51,777 nucleotides of DNA from a virus (taxonomy: Duplodnaviria > Caudoviricetes), in IMG/VR virus record IMGVR_UViG_3300016666_000162, positions 1 to 51,777 of that record. One strand, 5' to 3'. Numbering within the stretch: the first letter of the stretch is position 1; each line of letters starts with the position of its first letter. Both the position numbers and the translations under genes were made by a program. The notes beneath the pieces are model-generated. The model did no database searches. It was given only the letters and a program-made list of their open reading frames with translations, and was not told where the DNA came from. This document shows, piece after piece, positions 36,545 to 45,213 of this stretch.

Positions 36545-36605
36545 CCAGATTGAAACGTTTTTTGCAAGCGCTGTGAAAGAGCCGGGATTGCGCCCCGGCT
36601 TTTTT
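36545..36605 (+). ncRNA. Putative sar/OOP-like antisense RNA
   Basis: TGTACA-N17-CATAAT (36511-36539) and a plus-strand terminator GCCGGG/CCCGGC-T6 ending at 36605. Confidence 0.45.
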
Positions 36606-36622
36606 GTGCCTGCGATTTGGGT

Positions 36623-36868
36623 TTATGGGTTGGGGTCTTCATCAGTCCCTCCTTTTTCAGGCCCTATTCCGGCCTTCGGCGGATCACGCCTTGTTGTTGG
36701 TAGATGCCGGATCTTTCCAGCCCCTTTTGGCCTGGTCTTCTCGAAAAAGCGTTCTGCTCCAAGCTTTGCGGCGTACTCGTCAGGGGTCATCCCTGCCGCT
36801 GCTGCCAACCGCTCAAGCTTTTCGTAGAGGCGCCCATCGATCCCGTGGCAGATCGTGGTTTCAGGCAC
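36623..36868 (-). CDS. Small DNA-binding-like protein
   Basis: LYEKLERLAAAAGMTPDEYA ribbon-helix-helix-like pattern; GGAGG before the start. Confidence 0.6.
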   Translation of the reverse strand: MPETTICHGIDGRLYEKLERLAAAAGMTPDEYAAKLGAERFFEKTRPKGAGKIRHLPTTRRDPPKAGIGPEKGGTDEDPNP

Positions 36869-36888
36869 GTAAGCCTCCTTCAGGGCCT

Positions 36889-37083
36889 TCAGGCCTGCAT
36901 GTGTTTACCGGTAGCATTCGGTTCAACGATGCTTTCCAACTTCTCCTCGACGCACATCCGAACGAACACGGCCAGTTGCAGCTTGTGCAGGCGGGCCACA
37001 GCCTTTAACGCCTCATAGGTTTCATCGTCATAGCGGGACTTGATCTCCCGGTCTTTCAGGTGGCGTGTGTCGTCGTATGCCAT
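36889..37083 (-). CDS. CII-position regulator (RHH-like)
   Basis: Directly after cro; IKSRYDDETYEALKAVA; GGAG SD. Confidence 0.65.
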   Translation of the reverse strand: MAYDDTRHLKDREIKSRYDDETYEALKAVARLHKLQLAVFVRMCVEEKLESIVEPNATGKHMQA

Positions 37084-37112
37084 TGGTTAGGCTCCTTGGT
37101 TGTTCGAAAGGG

Positions 37113-37340
37113 TTATGCGGCCGTAAGGGCTGGGATATTCAGTGGTGGGAAAACGTCATCCAGGGTAACGGCGGCGCCGCTGGCATTGAGGGCGTCGACA
37201 ATGCGTCGGCACTCTTCAAGGCCTGGCTTGCGGCGGTCGTTCTCGTAATGAGCGATAGCGCCTTGGGTCAGGCCTACCGTTTTGGCCAGTGCGGCCTGGG
37301 TGACGCCGACCTTTTCGCGAATCGTCTTCATGTTGGACAT
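37113..37340 (-). CDS. cro: Cro-like HTH repressor
   Basis: TQAALAKTVGLTQGAIAHYENDRRKP; divergent from cI. Confidence 0.85.
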   Translation of the reverse strand: MSNMKTIREKVGVTQAALAKTVGLTQGAIAHYENDRRKPGLEECRRIVDALNASGAAVTLDDVFPPLNIPALTAA

Positions 37341-37365
37341 AGGGTTTCTCCGTATTCTTGAGCAG

Positions 37366-37440
37366 ATATTACTTTCTGTAATTTTATTGCGCAAGCGGCA
37401 TTACGCGCTGTGACTGGCGCGAGGGTATACAGGGCGTAAT
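37366..37440. promoter_or_regulatory. OR operators (x3) and pR promoter
   Basis: ATTAC-N5-GTAAT-like sites at 37368-37382, 37400-37414 and 37426-37440; minus-strand TTGCGC-N17-TAATAT. Confidence 0.75.
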
Positions 37441-37449
37441 GATGTGCAG

Positions 37450-38175
37450 ATGAAGAAATGGTACGAACTGGCAAAGGCCAGAATGAAAGAACTCGACATA
37501 ACCCAGGACCAGGTCGCCGAGCAGATGGGCGTCACTCAGGGGGCGGTCGCTCATTGGCTTGGTGGTCGGCGTGAGCCTTCACTTGAAAAGATCAGCGCCC
37601 TTTTGGAATATCTGGGACTTGCCTCTGTGTTCCGCGAGAACGGCGCCCCCTCGCCCGCGCAACGACCCGTTGAGGCGAATGCTGAGTATCTTGGGGATAT
37701 GGCGGTATGGAGTGATGGCGATCCTCTGGAAGAGGATGAGTGTGCAGTCCCCTACTATGCAGAAGTCGAATTTGCCGGCGGAGACGGTATGACAGTTGTG
37801 ATGGAGGTTGCAGACAGGACGCTTCGTTTCAGCAGCGCCACCTTGAGAGCAGCAGGTGTTGAGTGTGAGAACGCGGCGGTGGCCAGGGTTCGCGGCAAAA
37901 GCATGGAAAAACTGATCTTGGATGGCGCGGCTATCGGCTTCGACCGCGCCGACACATCGGTCATCGACGGCGAGATCTATGCCTTCAACCACGGCGGTAT
38001 GCTCCGCGTAAAATATCTGTACCGGCTCCCTGGTGGCGCTATAAGGATACGCAGCGAGAATGCCGAGGAATTCCCCGACGAGATAATGACCTCGGAGCAA
38101 TACCGCGAAGATATCAAGATGCTTGGCCGGGTCTTCTGGTGGTCAACCGTCCGCCGATCGCCCAAAAAGAAGTAG
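37450..38175 (+). CDS. cI: CI repressor (HTH + S24 peptidase)
   Basis: HTH TQGAVAHWL, AG cleavage site, GKSM catalytic Ser, VKYL catalytic Lys; start could be GTG 37444. Confidence 0.93.
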   Translation: MKKWYELAKARMKELDITQDQVAEQMGVTQGAVAHWLGGRREPSLEKISALLEYLGLASVFRENGAPSPAQRPVEANAEYLGDMAVWSDGDPLEEDECAVPYYAEVEFAGGDGMTVVMEVADRTLRFSSATLRAAGVECENAAVARVRGKSMEKLILDGAAIGFDRADTSVIDGEIYAFNHGGMLRVKYLYRLPGGAIRIRSENAEEFPDEIMTSEQYREDIKMLGRVFWWSTVRRSPKKK

Positions 38176-38190
38176 ACCAAACCGCCAAAG

Positions 38191-38216
38191 AGGCCCGCCA
38201 CTGAGCGGGCTTTTTT
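38191..38216 (+). terminator. cI terminator
   Basis: GCCCGC/GCGGGC stem plus T6. Confidence 0.8.
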
Positions 38217-38277
38217 GTGCCCGCGATTCGGCGGCAATCCTGCCCCGGCATAATTTATTACGGAACCTCAAAAATTT

Positions 38278-38319
38278 ATTACACCGAGTATTGACGATTA
38301 TTATTACAGCGCGTAATGT
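38278..38319 (+). promoter_or_regulatory. OL operators and pL promoter
   Basis: ATTACACCGAGTATT and ATTACAGCGCGTAAT; TTGACG-N17-TAATGT. Confidence 0.8.
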
Positions 38320-38364
38320 TCACTACATCGAGTCACCCAACAGGGACTCGCCAGGGCCTCAGGG

Positions 38365-38660
38365 CTCACCGCTCTTTGGTTTCACCCCTTGCCGGATCAC
38401 CACCGGCCCAGATTCAAAGGCAGCGATGAACCGGCCTAAACGGTTCAGAGGGTTGGCAACTGACCCGGGCGTGCAGCGTAAAGCGCCAAGAACAGTTATC
38501 CAGCGGGAGAACAAGCCGAAAGGCCCGCGGCTGGAAGAACAATTTTGAACTGCCGAGGATTTCTCGGTAGTTGGATTCAAGCCGGTGACCGACGCCAGTA
38601 GCGGGTCACGGCGGAAAGCATCACTGAAGCCCGTTCAATGAGCGGGCTTTGGGATGACAA
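38365..38660 (+). ncRNA. Structured pL leader (boxA-like plus hairpin array)
   Basis: CGCTCTTT followed by about 7 consecutive stem-loops. Confidence 0.45.
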
Positions 38661-38674
38661 CCGAGGGATAGGCC

Positions 38675-39022
38675 ATGAGCAAAGAAGTGGCGATCAAGTA
38701 CGAGTGCGGGCAGTGCTACGAGCGTCACGACAGTGAAGACGGCGCCTATGAGTGCTGCCAGCCAGAAGTGAGCACGATCTACTTCTGCCCGATCTGCGAT
38801 TCAGAGCACGACCAAATGAAAGGCGCAGAGAGATGCATCCTCGGTCACGCCGATCTAGAGGGGGCTGACAGCGAGTACTGCCCAAGCTGCCTGCGACCTG
38901 CCGAGCGGGCGCAGTTCAAGGTAGAGATTGCGGTGGCTGGCCATTGCAGCACCTGCAACCCGATCTACTCGGCCGAGCAGAACCTGCAGATCAAATACGC
39001 TCTTGAGCCAAAAGAGCTTTGA
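38675..39022 (+). CDS. Cys-rich zinc-binding hypothetical protein
   Basis: Four CxxC pairs; first ORF after the pL leader. Confidence 0.7.
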   Translation: MSKEVAIKYECGQCYERHDSEDGAYECCQPEVSTIYFCPICDSEHDQMKGAERCILGHADLEGADSEYCPSCLRPAERAQFKVEIAVAGHCSTCNPIYSAEQNLQIKYALEPKEL

Positions 39023-39219
39023 ACAACCAGCTCCACGACAGCCTGTCGTTAACTGCCCGAGGCCCTGGTACTCCCCAGCACCACGCCGCATCGGGGTGGA
39101 CGTTGTGACAATGCCAGCGCCGTGATTGCAAAGCGGAGTGCTTCAGCGTCCACCACCGATGCGGACGAACAACCGGCCAGGCGCCGGCCACCTGCATCAC
39201 CAACCAACCGGAGAATCAC

Positions 39220-39363
39220 ATGCTCCACATCATACTGATCGGTGCCACGTTGAGCTTTGAGCGGCCAGAACCGCCAAGGTTGCGAGCGTGTCAGGCGATC
39301 CACCTGCGCTCCCATCCCGAGCATTGGCGAACGACCATCGGGGCAACAGTGTTCTGGCATTGA
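39220..39363 (+). CDS. 47-aa small protein
   Basis: GGAG SD; MLHIILIGATLS-TVFWH*; below the ORF-track cutoff. Confidence 0.45.
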   Translation: MLHIILIGATLSFERPEPPRLRACQAIHLRSHPEHWRTTIGATVFWH

Positions 39364-39404
39364 CCGTCCCGCCAAAAAACTCGCCTGAGAAAACCTGCAT
39401 CTGT

Positions 39405-39439
39405 GAAAGCCCCGAACGTCCAACGGGGCTTTCTTTATT
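39405..39439 (+). terminator. Intrinsic terminator (tL-like)
   Basis: GAAAGCCCCG/CGGGGCTTTC stem followed by TTTATT. Confidence 0.65.
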
Positions 39440-39466
39440 GCGCGCGCCACCAGATCGGAGGTGTAG

Positions 39467-40000
39467 ATGAACATAAGCAGCTCATACGTTGTTTCTTTGC
39501 TCCGTTACGATCCTGCCGACGGCGCTATGTACTGGAAGCCCAGGCAGGCACATCAAGTCAACCACCCCGAACTGCTTGATCTCTGGAACAGAAAGTACGC
39601 TGGAAAGCGAGCGGGCACGTCGAACAGAGACGGCTACGAAGTGATACGGGTGGGCGGAGATCAGTTTCGCACCAACCGGCTAGTTTGGGAGTTGCATAAC
39701 GGGCCTATCCCGGATGGCATGCAGATAGATCACATAAATGGTGATCGCCGGGACAACCGTGCCGCCAACCTGCGCGCCGTAACAGCTGCCGAAAACAACA
39801 AGAACATGCGGCTATCGCACCGAAACACCAGCGGGATTCACGGAGTCTTTTTCGTCCACTGCGACCAAAGATTTCAAGCCCACATAGTCGTCGATAGGAA
39901 GCACATTTACCTCGGCTATCACAAAACCCTAATTGACGCAGCGGCTGCAAGAAAATCGGCAGAGTTGCTTCATGGGTTCCACCCAAATCACGGCCGTTGA
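39467..40000 (+). CDS. HNH endonuclease with AP2-like C-terminus
   Basis: LRYDP-G, IDHINGDRRDNRAANLR, NTSGIHGV, YLGY. Confidence 0.9.
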   Translation: MNISSSYVVSLLRYDPADGAMYWKPRQAHQVNHPELLDLWNRKYAGKRAGTSNRDGYEVIRVGGDQFRTNRLVWELHNGPIPDGMQIDHINGDRRDNRAANLRAVTAAENNKNMRLSHRNTSGIHGVFFVHCDQRFQAHIVVDRKHIYLGYHKTLIDAAAARKSAELLHGFHPNHGR

Positions 40001-40033
40001 GCCACCGCCTAACCCCAAACACTGGAGGTCGCC

Positions 40034-40294
40034 ATGGCCCGCACTTACGAATATTGGACGGTCAAGGATGGCGAGGACATTGCCGTCAACCTGACCGTTG
40101 TCTCTTTCTCGGCCTCGAAAGGCAACTTCAGCTCGCAGGCCGCTGATCCCGATGAATACCACGGCAGCGTTGAAATCGAGTGGCAATCGGAAGACGACCT
40201 CGGCCATATGACCGATTCCGAAATCACCTCGATGGAAGAGTGGCTTGTGAATGAGCATTCCGAGTACCTGGCTGATCAGGACTACTACGACTAA
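40034..40294 (+). CDS. Acidic hypothetical protein
   Basis: 86 aa, strongly acidic, GGAGG SD. Confidence 0.75.
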   Translation: MARTYEYWTVKDGEDIAVNLTVVSFSASKGNFSSQAADPDEYHGSVEIEWQSEDDLGHMTDSEITSMEEWLVNEHSEYLADQDYYD

Positions 40295-40309
40295 CCCGCC
40301 ACCCTGGAG

Positions 40310-40753
40310 GTGACCATGAACGCAGCATTGAAGATATGCCAGGAGCGTTACGACGCCCAGTTGCCTCCAGAGATCAGCGAGAGCGACGAGCTGAACGACT
40401 GGCTTGAGCATTCGGCGGAGCGCCTGGTGTGCGGCGTCGATATCAAGTGGAAGCGCCGCTTCGGTCGTCCACAGGTGGTGACCTTCGACCGGTACTGCAC
40501 CTACCTGCAAGGCATCCTGAATCAGCGCCAGATCGACGGCCTGGACGAGCGCGACTCGCTTGCCCGGCTGTTCCTGTCGGCAATCCTTGGCGGAAAGGCA
40601 GATTCACGCGGCCACGCCGCAGACCTGATCGGCCAGCCCCGCCCCATCGAAGCCGCTGAGCGGATCGCCATGGACCTGCTCCGGCCATACGCCGCCGACG
40701 CGGTGGCAGCAGAGCGGGAAGCGGCCGAGGACGACATGGATGGTGACCTATGA
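40310..40753 (+). CDS. Hypothetical protein
   Basis: GGAGG SD (start may be 40316); early-left operon. Confidence 0.75.
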   Translation: MTMNAALKICQERYDAQLPPEISESDELNDWLEHSAERLVCGVDIKWKRRFGRPQVVTFDRYCTYLQGILNQRQIDGLDERDSLARLFLSAILGGKADSRGHAADLIGQPRPIEAAERIAMDLLRPYAADAVAAEREAAEDDMDGDL

Positions 40754-40935
40754 GCGCGCACATCCTCATCGACGAAGCACTCGAAAGCCTCACGCATGCC
40801 GCGAGCACGCAGGAAGAGGCAGCCATTGTTCAGGGGATGATCGCCCAGTTCTTGATTGACGAAACGATCACCCTCAAGGAATTCGACCACTACTGCGCAC
40901 GCCTCAACAAGGTCTCGCGCAAGGAGGCTGCATGA
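40750..40935 (+). CDS. Hypothetical protein
   Basis: ATGA-coupled, 61 aa. Confidence 0.7.
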   Translation: MSAHILIDEALESLTHAASTQEEAAIVQGMIAQFLIDETITLKEFDHYCARLNKVSRKEAA

Positions 40936-41135
40936 CCACTCCAATCGTGAAATCGCTGATCGACGAGCAGATTGAAGAGCTGCCCGCCGACCGCATGATC
41001 CTGGCCTTCACCCATGCAAAGTGGCTGGGCGCCCTGTCGCTTGCACATGATGCAGGCATCCCAAATGTTCACGCCTGGAGCGGCCGAGCCTGTATGTGCG
41101 GTGAGTGGACTGTCGCTTACGAGGTGAAAGCATGA
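40932..41135 (+). CDS. Hypothetical protein
   Basis: AGGAGG SD, ATGA-coupled, 67 aa. Confidence 0.7.
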   Translation: MTTPIVKSLIDEQIEELPADRMILAFTHAKWLGALSLAHDAGIPNVHAWSGRACMCGEWTVAYEVKA

Positions 41136-41341
41136 TCAGCGTATTCCTATGCTCACCCACTAACAGCACGATGTTCACGCGGTGCTGCCAGGTGGCGATT
41201 TGTGACGATCAAGCCAATTGCCCGAGCTGCGGTAAAGAGGTCTACCCCGGCGCCGATGCAACGCCACACCAGCGCCACGTTTCACGCTGGAACATGGCTT
41301 TTGGGCCAACACGGCGCGCCCAAGCGCCGCGATCGCCATGA
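41132..41341 (+). CDS. Small zinc-binding protein
   Basis: TRCC and CPSCG; ATGA-coupled. Confidence 0.65.
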   Translation: MISVFLCSPTNSTMFTRCCQVAICDDQANCPSCGKEVYPGADATPHQRHVSRWNMAFGPTRRAQAPRSP

Positions 41342-41454
41342 CAACCCACCAGCGCACCAGGTGCATGCTCATCTGGCGCGGATCTTTCTCTGCCCTCGCC
41401 GTCTGCACCTTCCTGATGTTGCTCGGCGCCCTCGCTGATCGAATTACTCAATAA
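41338..41454 (+). CDS. 38-aa single-TM protein
   Basis: MTTHQRTRCMLIWRGSFSALAVCTFLMLLGALADRITQ*; ATGA-coupled. Confidence 0.55.
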   Translation: MTTHQRTRCMLIWRGSFSALAVCTFLMLLGALADRITQ

Positions 41455-41497
41455 CCAACACCTTCAATCGCTGCGAGCATCGCGGCAGGGAGTCACC

Positions 41498-42655
41498 GTG
41501 TCCGCACAACAGCAAGTCATCACCATAGACGACATCAGCGCCGACAACGCGCCGGCCATATACGTAGCCGGCGGCCTGGGCCAGTTCTTCGACGCCGTGA
41601 AAGCCGAAGTCACCGGCGAGGTGCCGGATCTGACTACTGTGAAGGGTCGCGCTCGCATCGCTTCCCTGGCCGCAACGGTAAGCAAGTCAAAAAAGGCAGT
41701 CGAAACACCTGGCCGCGACTACCTGAAACGCCTCAAGGAAATGCCCAAGGTGGTCGAGGCTGAACTGCGCGAGTTCGTCACCAAGATGGACAACCTGCGC
41801 GATTCCACCCGCCAGCCCCTAACGGATTGGGAAAACGCTGATCAGGCGCGCAAAGACAAGCATGTCGATGGTATCGACAGCATGAAGGACCTGGCCGTTT
41901 TCGAGGCAACCCCAGCCGCAGCCCATGTCGCCCAGATCATTGCAGACCTTGAGTTGGTCGAAATCAACGATTCGTGGGAAGAGTTTCTGGCCGAAGCCGC
42001 CCAGGTGAAGGATCAGACCCTGGCCAAGCTGCGCGGCATTCTGGCCGAGCGCACCCAGTACGAGGCCGAGCAAGCCGAACTAGTCAGGCTGCGCGCTGAG
42101 GCAGAAGCACAGGCCCAGCGAGACCGCGATGCAGAGATTGCTCGGGCAGCGGCTGAGCAGGCCCTGCGCCAGGCAGAAGAGAAAGCACAAGCCGAGCGTG
42201 ACGCAGCGGCGCGCCGCGAGCAGGAGTTGCTGGACCAGGCCGCAGCAGCGCAGCGGGCAACCGAACAGGCCGCCCGTGATGCAGAAGCCGCCGCCGAACG
42301 CCAGCGCCTGCAACTGGAGCTGCAAGCAGAACAGGCTCGCGCAGCAGCGGCACAGGCCGAAGCAAGCCGACTGGCCGCCGAACAGCGCGCCGAGCAAGAG
42401 CGCCTTGAAGCGATCCGCCGACAAGAGGAAGCCGTGGAGCAAGCTCGACTGGCTGAAGTAGCCAGAGCCAACGCAGCAGCAGATGAAATCCTTCGCCAGC
42501 AGCAGGCGCGCCAGGCTGACGTAGCGCACAAGTCGAAGATCCTGGGCGAAGCCAAGCAGGCCTTGATTGGCATGAACATCAGCGAAGAGCTGGCCAAGGC
42601 CATCGTCCTGAAGATCGCCCGCGGCGAAGTACCGAACGTATCCATTCAATTCTGA
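41498..42655 (+). CDS. Long coiled-coil protein of the recombination module
   Basis: A/E/Q/R-rich; DLTTVKGRARIASLA; directly upstream of erf and exo. Confidence 0.8.
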   Translation: MSAQQQVITIDDISADNAPAIYVAGGLGQFFDAVKAEVTGEVPDLTTVKGRARIASLAATVSKSKKAVETPGRDYLKRLKEMPKVVEAELREFVTKMDNLRDSTRQPLTDWENADQARKDKHVDGIDSMKDLAVFEATPAAAHVAQIIADLELVEINDSWEEFLAEAAQVKDQTLAKLRGILAERTQYEAEQAELVRLRAEAEAQAQRDRDAEIARAAAEQALRQAEEKAQAERDAAARREQELLDQAAAAQRATEQAARDAEAAAERQRLQLELQAEQARAAAAQAEASRLAAEQRAEQERLEAIRRQEEAVEQARLAEVARANAAADEILRQQQARQADVAHKSKILGEAKQALIGMNISEELAKAIVLKIARGEVPNVSIQF

Positions 42656-42665
42656 GGTATTCAGC

Positions 42666-43424
42666 ATGTCCACCGACATCATCATGCCGGAGCAGCGCCG
42701 CCAGGTGTCCGCGCCGGTAGCAATGGACACCAGCATCATGGCTGTTATCAGCCGTGCTGCCGCAGATCCAACATGCGACATCGAGAAGATGGAGCGCCTG
42801 CTGGCTATGCATGAGCGCATGCAGGCCAAGGATGCTGAGCAAGCATTCAACGCAGCGATGGCCGAGATGCAGTGCAACATCCCCACGGTATTCGAAGGGG
42901 CGGTAAACCTGCACACCGGCAACTCCTACGCCACTCTGGACCACATCACCCACACCCTAAAGCCGATCATGCAGCAGCACGGGTTCGCCATTACCTTCAA
43001 GGTTGAAAACGCGGACAAGTTGATCAGCGTCACGGGGATATTGATGCATCGAGGTGGGCACCGCGAGCAAACGACCATGACCCTTCCGACTGATATCGGA
43101 AAGGGCCGCAACGACGTCCAGGCGGTCGGATCGTCCACCACCTACGGAAAGCGCTACGTCATGTGTGCTCTTCTCAATATCACAACAGGCGAGACCCGTG
43201 ACGATGACGGGCAGTCAGCGGATGGATCAGATACGGATGACATGCGCGCCCAGGTCGTCGCCGACATCCTTGAGCGTGTCGGGCAAACCACAACGCCGGA
43301 AGAACTGAAAGATGTCTGGCAGGCGAGCCTAAAAGTCCTGCAAGCGTCGGGTGACACCAACGGGTATTCCACGGTGAAAACCGCTGTCACCGTCCACAAA
43401 GCCAAACTGGAGGCGCCTCAATGA
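42666..43424 (+). CDS. erf: ERF-family single-strand annealing protein
   Basis: YATLD, LMHRGG, QAVGSSTTYGKRY, DDDG. Confidence 0.9.
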   Translation: MSTDIIMPEQRRQVSAPVAMDTSIMAVISRAAADPTCDIEKMERLLAMHERMQAKDAEQAFNAAMAEMQCNIPTVFEGAVNLHTGNSYATLDHITHTLKPIMQQHGFAITFKVENADKLISVTGILMHRGGHREQTTMTLPTDIGKGRNDVQAVGSSTTYGKRYVMCALLNITTGETRDDDGQSADGSDTDDMRAQVVADILERVGQTTTPEELKDVWQASLKVLQASGDTNGYSTVKTAVTVHKAKLEAPQ

Positions 43425-44188
43425 TCATTGTGAATTGCACCCAAGGCTCACCGGAATGGCTACAGGCCCGCGCCGGGGTCATCACCGCAAGCATGTTCAG
43501 CACCGCCCGCTCCAAAGTTAACGGCCTGAACGCCCAGCAGAAGAAATATGTCGACGCCATGCTTGCCGGAAAGGGCGAGACAAAAGCGATGGAGTTGGCA
43601 GGATACAAGGCCGGCCCAAAGGCCGAGGTTGTTCAGCGAGCTCTGGACGGCGAGAAGGTCGGCGAACCTTCAAACGCCGCACTGTCTTACGCTTTTGAGC
43701 TTGCCGTCGAACGCATCGGCGGCGCGCCGCTGGATGGCGGGTTCGAGACCTGGCAGATGCGCCGAGGGCATGAGCTGGAGCCCGAGGCGCGAATGGAGCA
43801 CGAAATCCAGACTGGCCTCATCGTCACCCAGGTCGGCCTGGTAAAAACTGACGACGGGGTATTCGGCGCCAGCGCGGACGGATTTATCGGAGAAGACGGT
43901 GGCTCCGAGTACAAGTGCTTCCTCGCGCCCGACAAGCTCCGCTCTTTCCACATCGACAACGATGCCAGCGAAGTCATCGACCAGGTGCAGGGCTGCATGT
44001 GGATCACCGACCGGAAGTGGTGGCACATCGGGATGTACTGCCCGCTGTTAAAGCCGGTGGGCCGACAGCTCTGGTGGAAAGAGTTCAAGCGCGACAACGA
44101 CTACATCGAAAGCCTCGAAGAAGACCTGTGGGAATTCAAGCTACTGGTTGACGGGTACGAGGCGGCGCTCAGGAGTAAAGCAGCATGA
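43421..44188 (+). CDS. YqaJ / lambda-exonuclease family protein
   Basis: QGSPEWLQARAGVITAS, RGHELEPEAR, GASADG, EYKC, QVQGCMW. Confidence 0.9.
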   Translation: MIIVNCTQGSPEWLQARAGVITASMFSTARSKVNGLNAQQKKYVDAMLAGKGETKAMELAGYKAGPKAEVVQRALDGEKVGEPSNAALSYAFELAVERIGGAPLDGGFETWQMRRGHELEPEARMEHEIQTGLIVTQVGLVKTDDGVFGASADGFIGEDGGSEYKCFLAPDKLRSFHIDNDASEVIDQVQGCMWITDRKWWHIGMYCPLLKPVGRQLWWKEFKRDNDYIESLEEDLWEFKLLVDGYEAALRSKAA

Positions 44189-44775
44189 TCAGCATCCTGC
44201 GTAACGAAGTGGAACGGCTGCGCCCGGCGCATGATGAGCTGGCCGCGCAGATGGCTGAGTTTCTGGCTGCCGGCGGCGAGATCGAAGAGATCAAGCCTCC
44301 CCCGCCACCGAAGCCCGTCGTATATGTGCCCCAGGAGCCGCCGGCGCCAAAGCCGTTTGTTCGTCGGCGGGTTGAAGCTACTCCACTTCCGATTGAGCCA
44401 ATCGACGCCAGAGCTGATAGGCGCGCCAAGCAGGCCGAACAAGCAAAAGCCCTGGCAGCTACGCATACACAAACAGAGGCATGTTTCGCCCTGGGCATGA
44501 CAAGTAAAACCATAAAGTCCTTAGCGAAGGAGTTTGGTTTCACGTTCAAGCGCTCAACGCATGGCGGATACAACGGACCTGAGCGGAAAAAGGAAATTTC
44601 GGAGCGAGACGCCAAATTCGCCGAGCGCATCAAGGCATTCAAGGAGCTTGGCGTCTCACGTCGAGTGGTTTGCGGAAAGCTTGCAATATCCAACAGGACG
44701 CTGGAGCGCATTCTTGGCGAGTACTGCATCGACTATCCGAAATCAACTCGCGGACAGCGCCCGTGCGCCGCATAG
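44185..44775 (+). CDS. Hypothetical DNA-binding-like protein
   Basis: FLAAGGEIEEI N-terminus and two HTH-like segments. Confidence 0.7.
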   Translation: MISILRNEVERLRPAHDELAAQMAEFLAAGGEIEEIKPPPPPKPVVYVPQEPPAPKPFVRRRVEATPLPIEPIDARADRRAKQAEQAKALAATHTQTEACFALGMTSKTIKSLAKEFGFTFKRSTHGGYNGPERKKEISERDAKFAERIKAFKELGVSRRVVCGKLAISNRTLERILGEYCIDYPKSTRGQRPCAA

Positions 44776-44844
44776 CCCGCATCCAGCAACGCAAACGACA
44801 AACCTGGCTCGCACTGCCGGCCAGCGGAATAGAAGAGGTAGGCC

Positions 44845-45156
44845 ATGGCTGCCGCGCAGAAAGAACGATCGGCAAAGACTGCGGCGAGGCGAAAGACTCG
44901 CGGCGAGGAAGAATTGCGACTCCACACCATGGCCGGCACCCGCCAAGCCTTGGCTGACCTGATGGCCTGGAACGGAATCGAGGAGCAGGGCGAGGCCATG
45001 ACCTTGATGATTCACCACCTGCACAGCCTGGGCCCGGCAGGATCAGCTCAGTTTCTCGCGCCGCCGCGACACGAATACGCGATAACCGAAAACGTGTCGG
45101 CAAAATTACTGCTCGCCTATAACCGCGAAGCTCTTCGCATCTGCCACGACGAATAA
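44845..45156 (+). CDS. Hypothetical protein
   Basis: 103 aa with GAGG SD. Confidence 0.7.
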   Translation: MAAAQKERSAKTAARRKTRGEEELRLHTMAGTRQALADLMAWNGIEEQGEAMTLMIHHLHSLGPAGSAQFLAPPRHEYAITENVSAKLLLAYNREALRICHDE

Positions 45157-45213
45157 CCCACCCTACTCGCTGCATCCGGTAACCGGAGGGCGGCGCCTGA
45201 CTGGAGATAAGCC

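Noticed and set aside
42050-42530. Low-complexity A/E/Q/R repeats suggesting TolA
   Set aside because: Generic coiled-coil composition without a TM anchor; not a DNA repeat array and not a true TolA
44763-44957. Arg-rich peptide VRRIARIQQRKRQTW as a possible N-like antiterminator
   Set aside because: Far from pL, overlaps the next gene extensively, and no boxB partner identified; coding status uncertain
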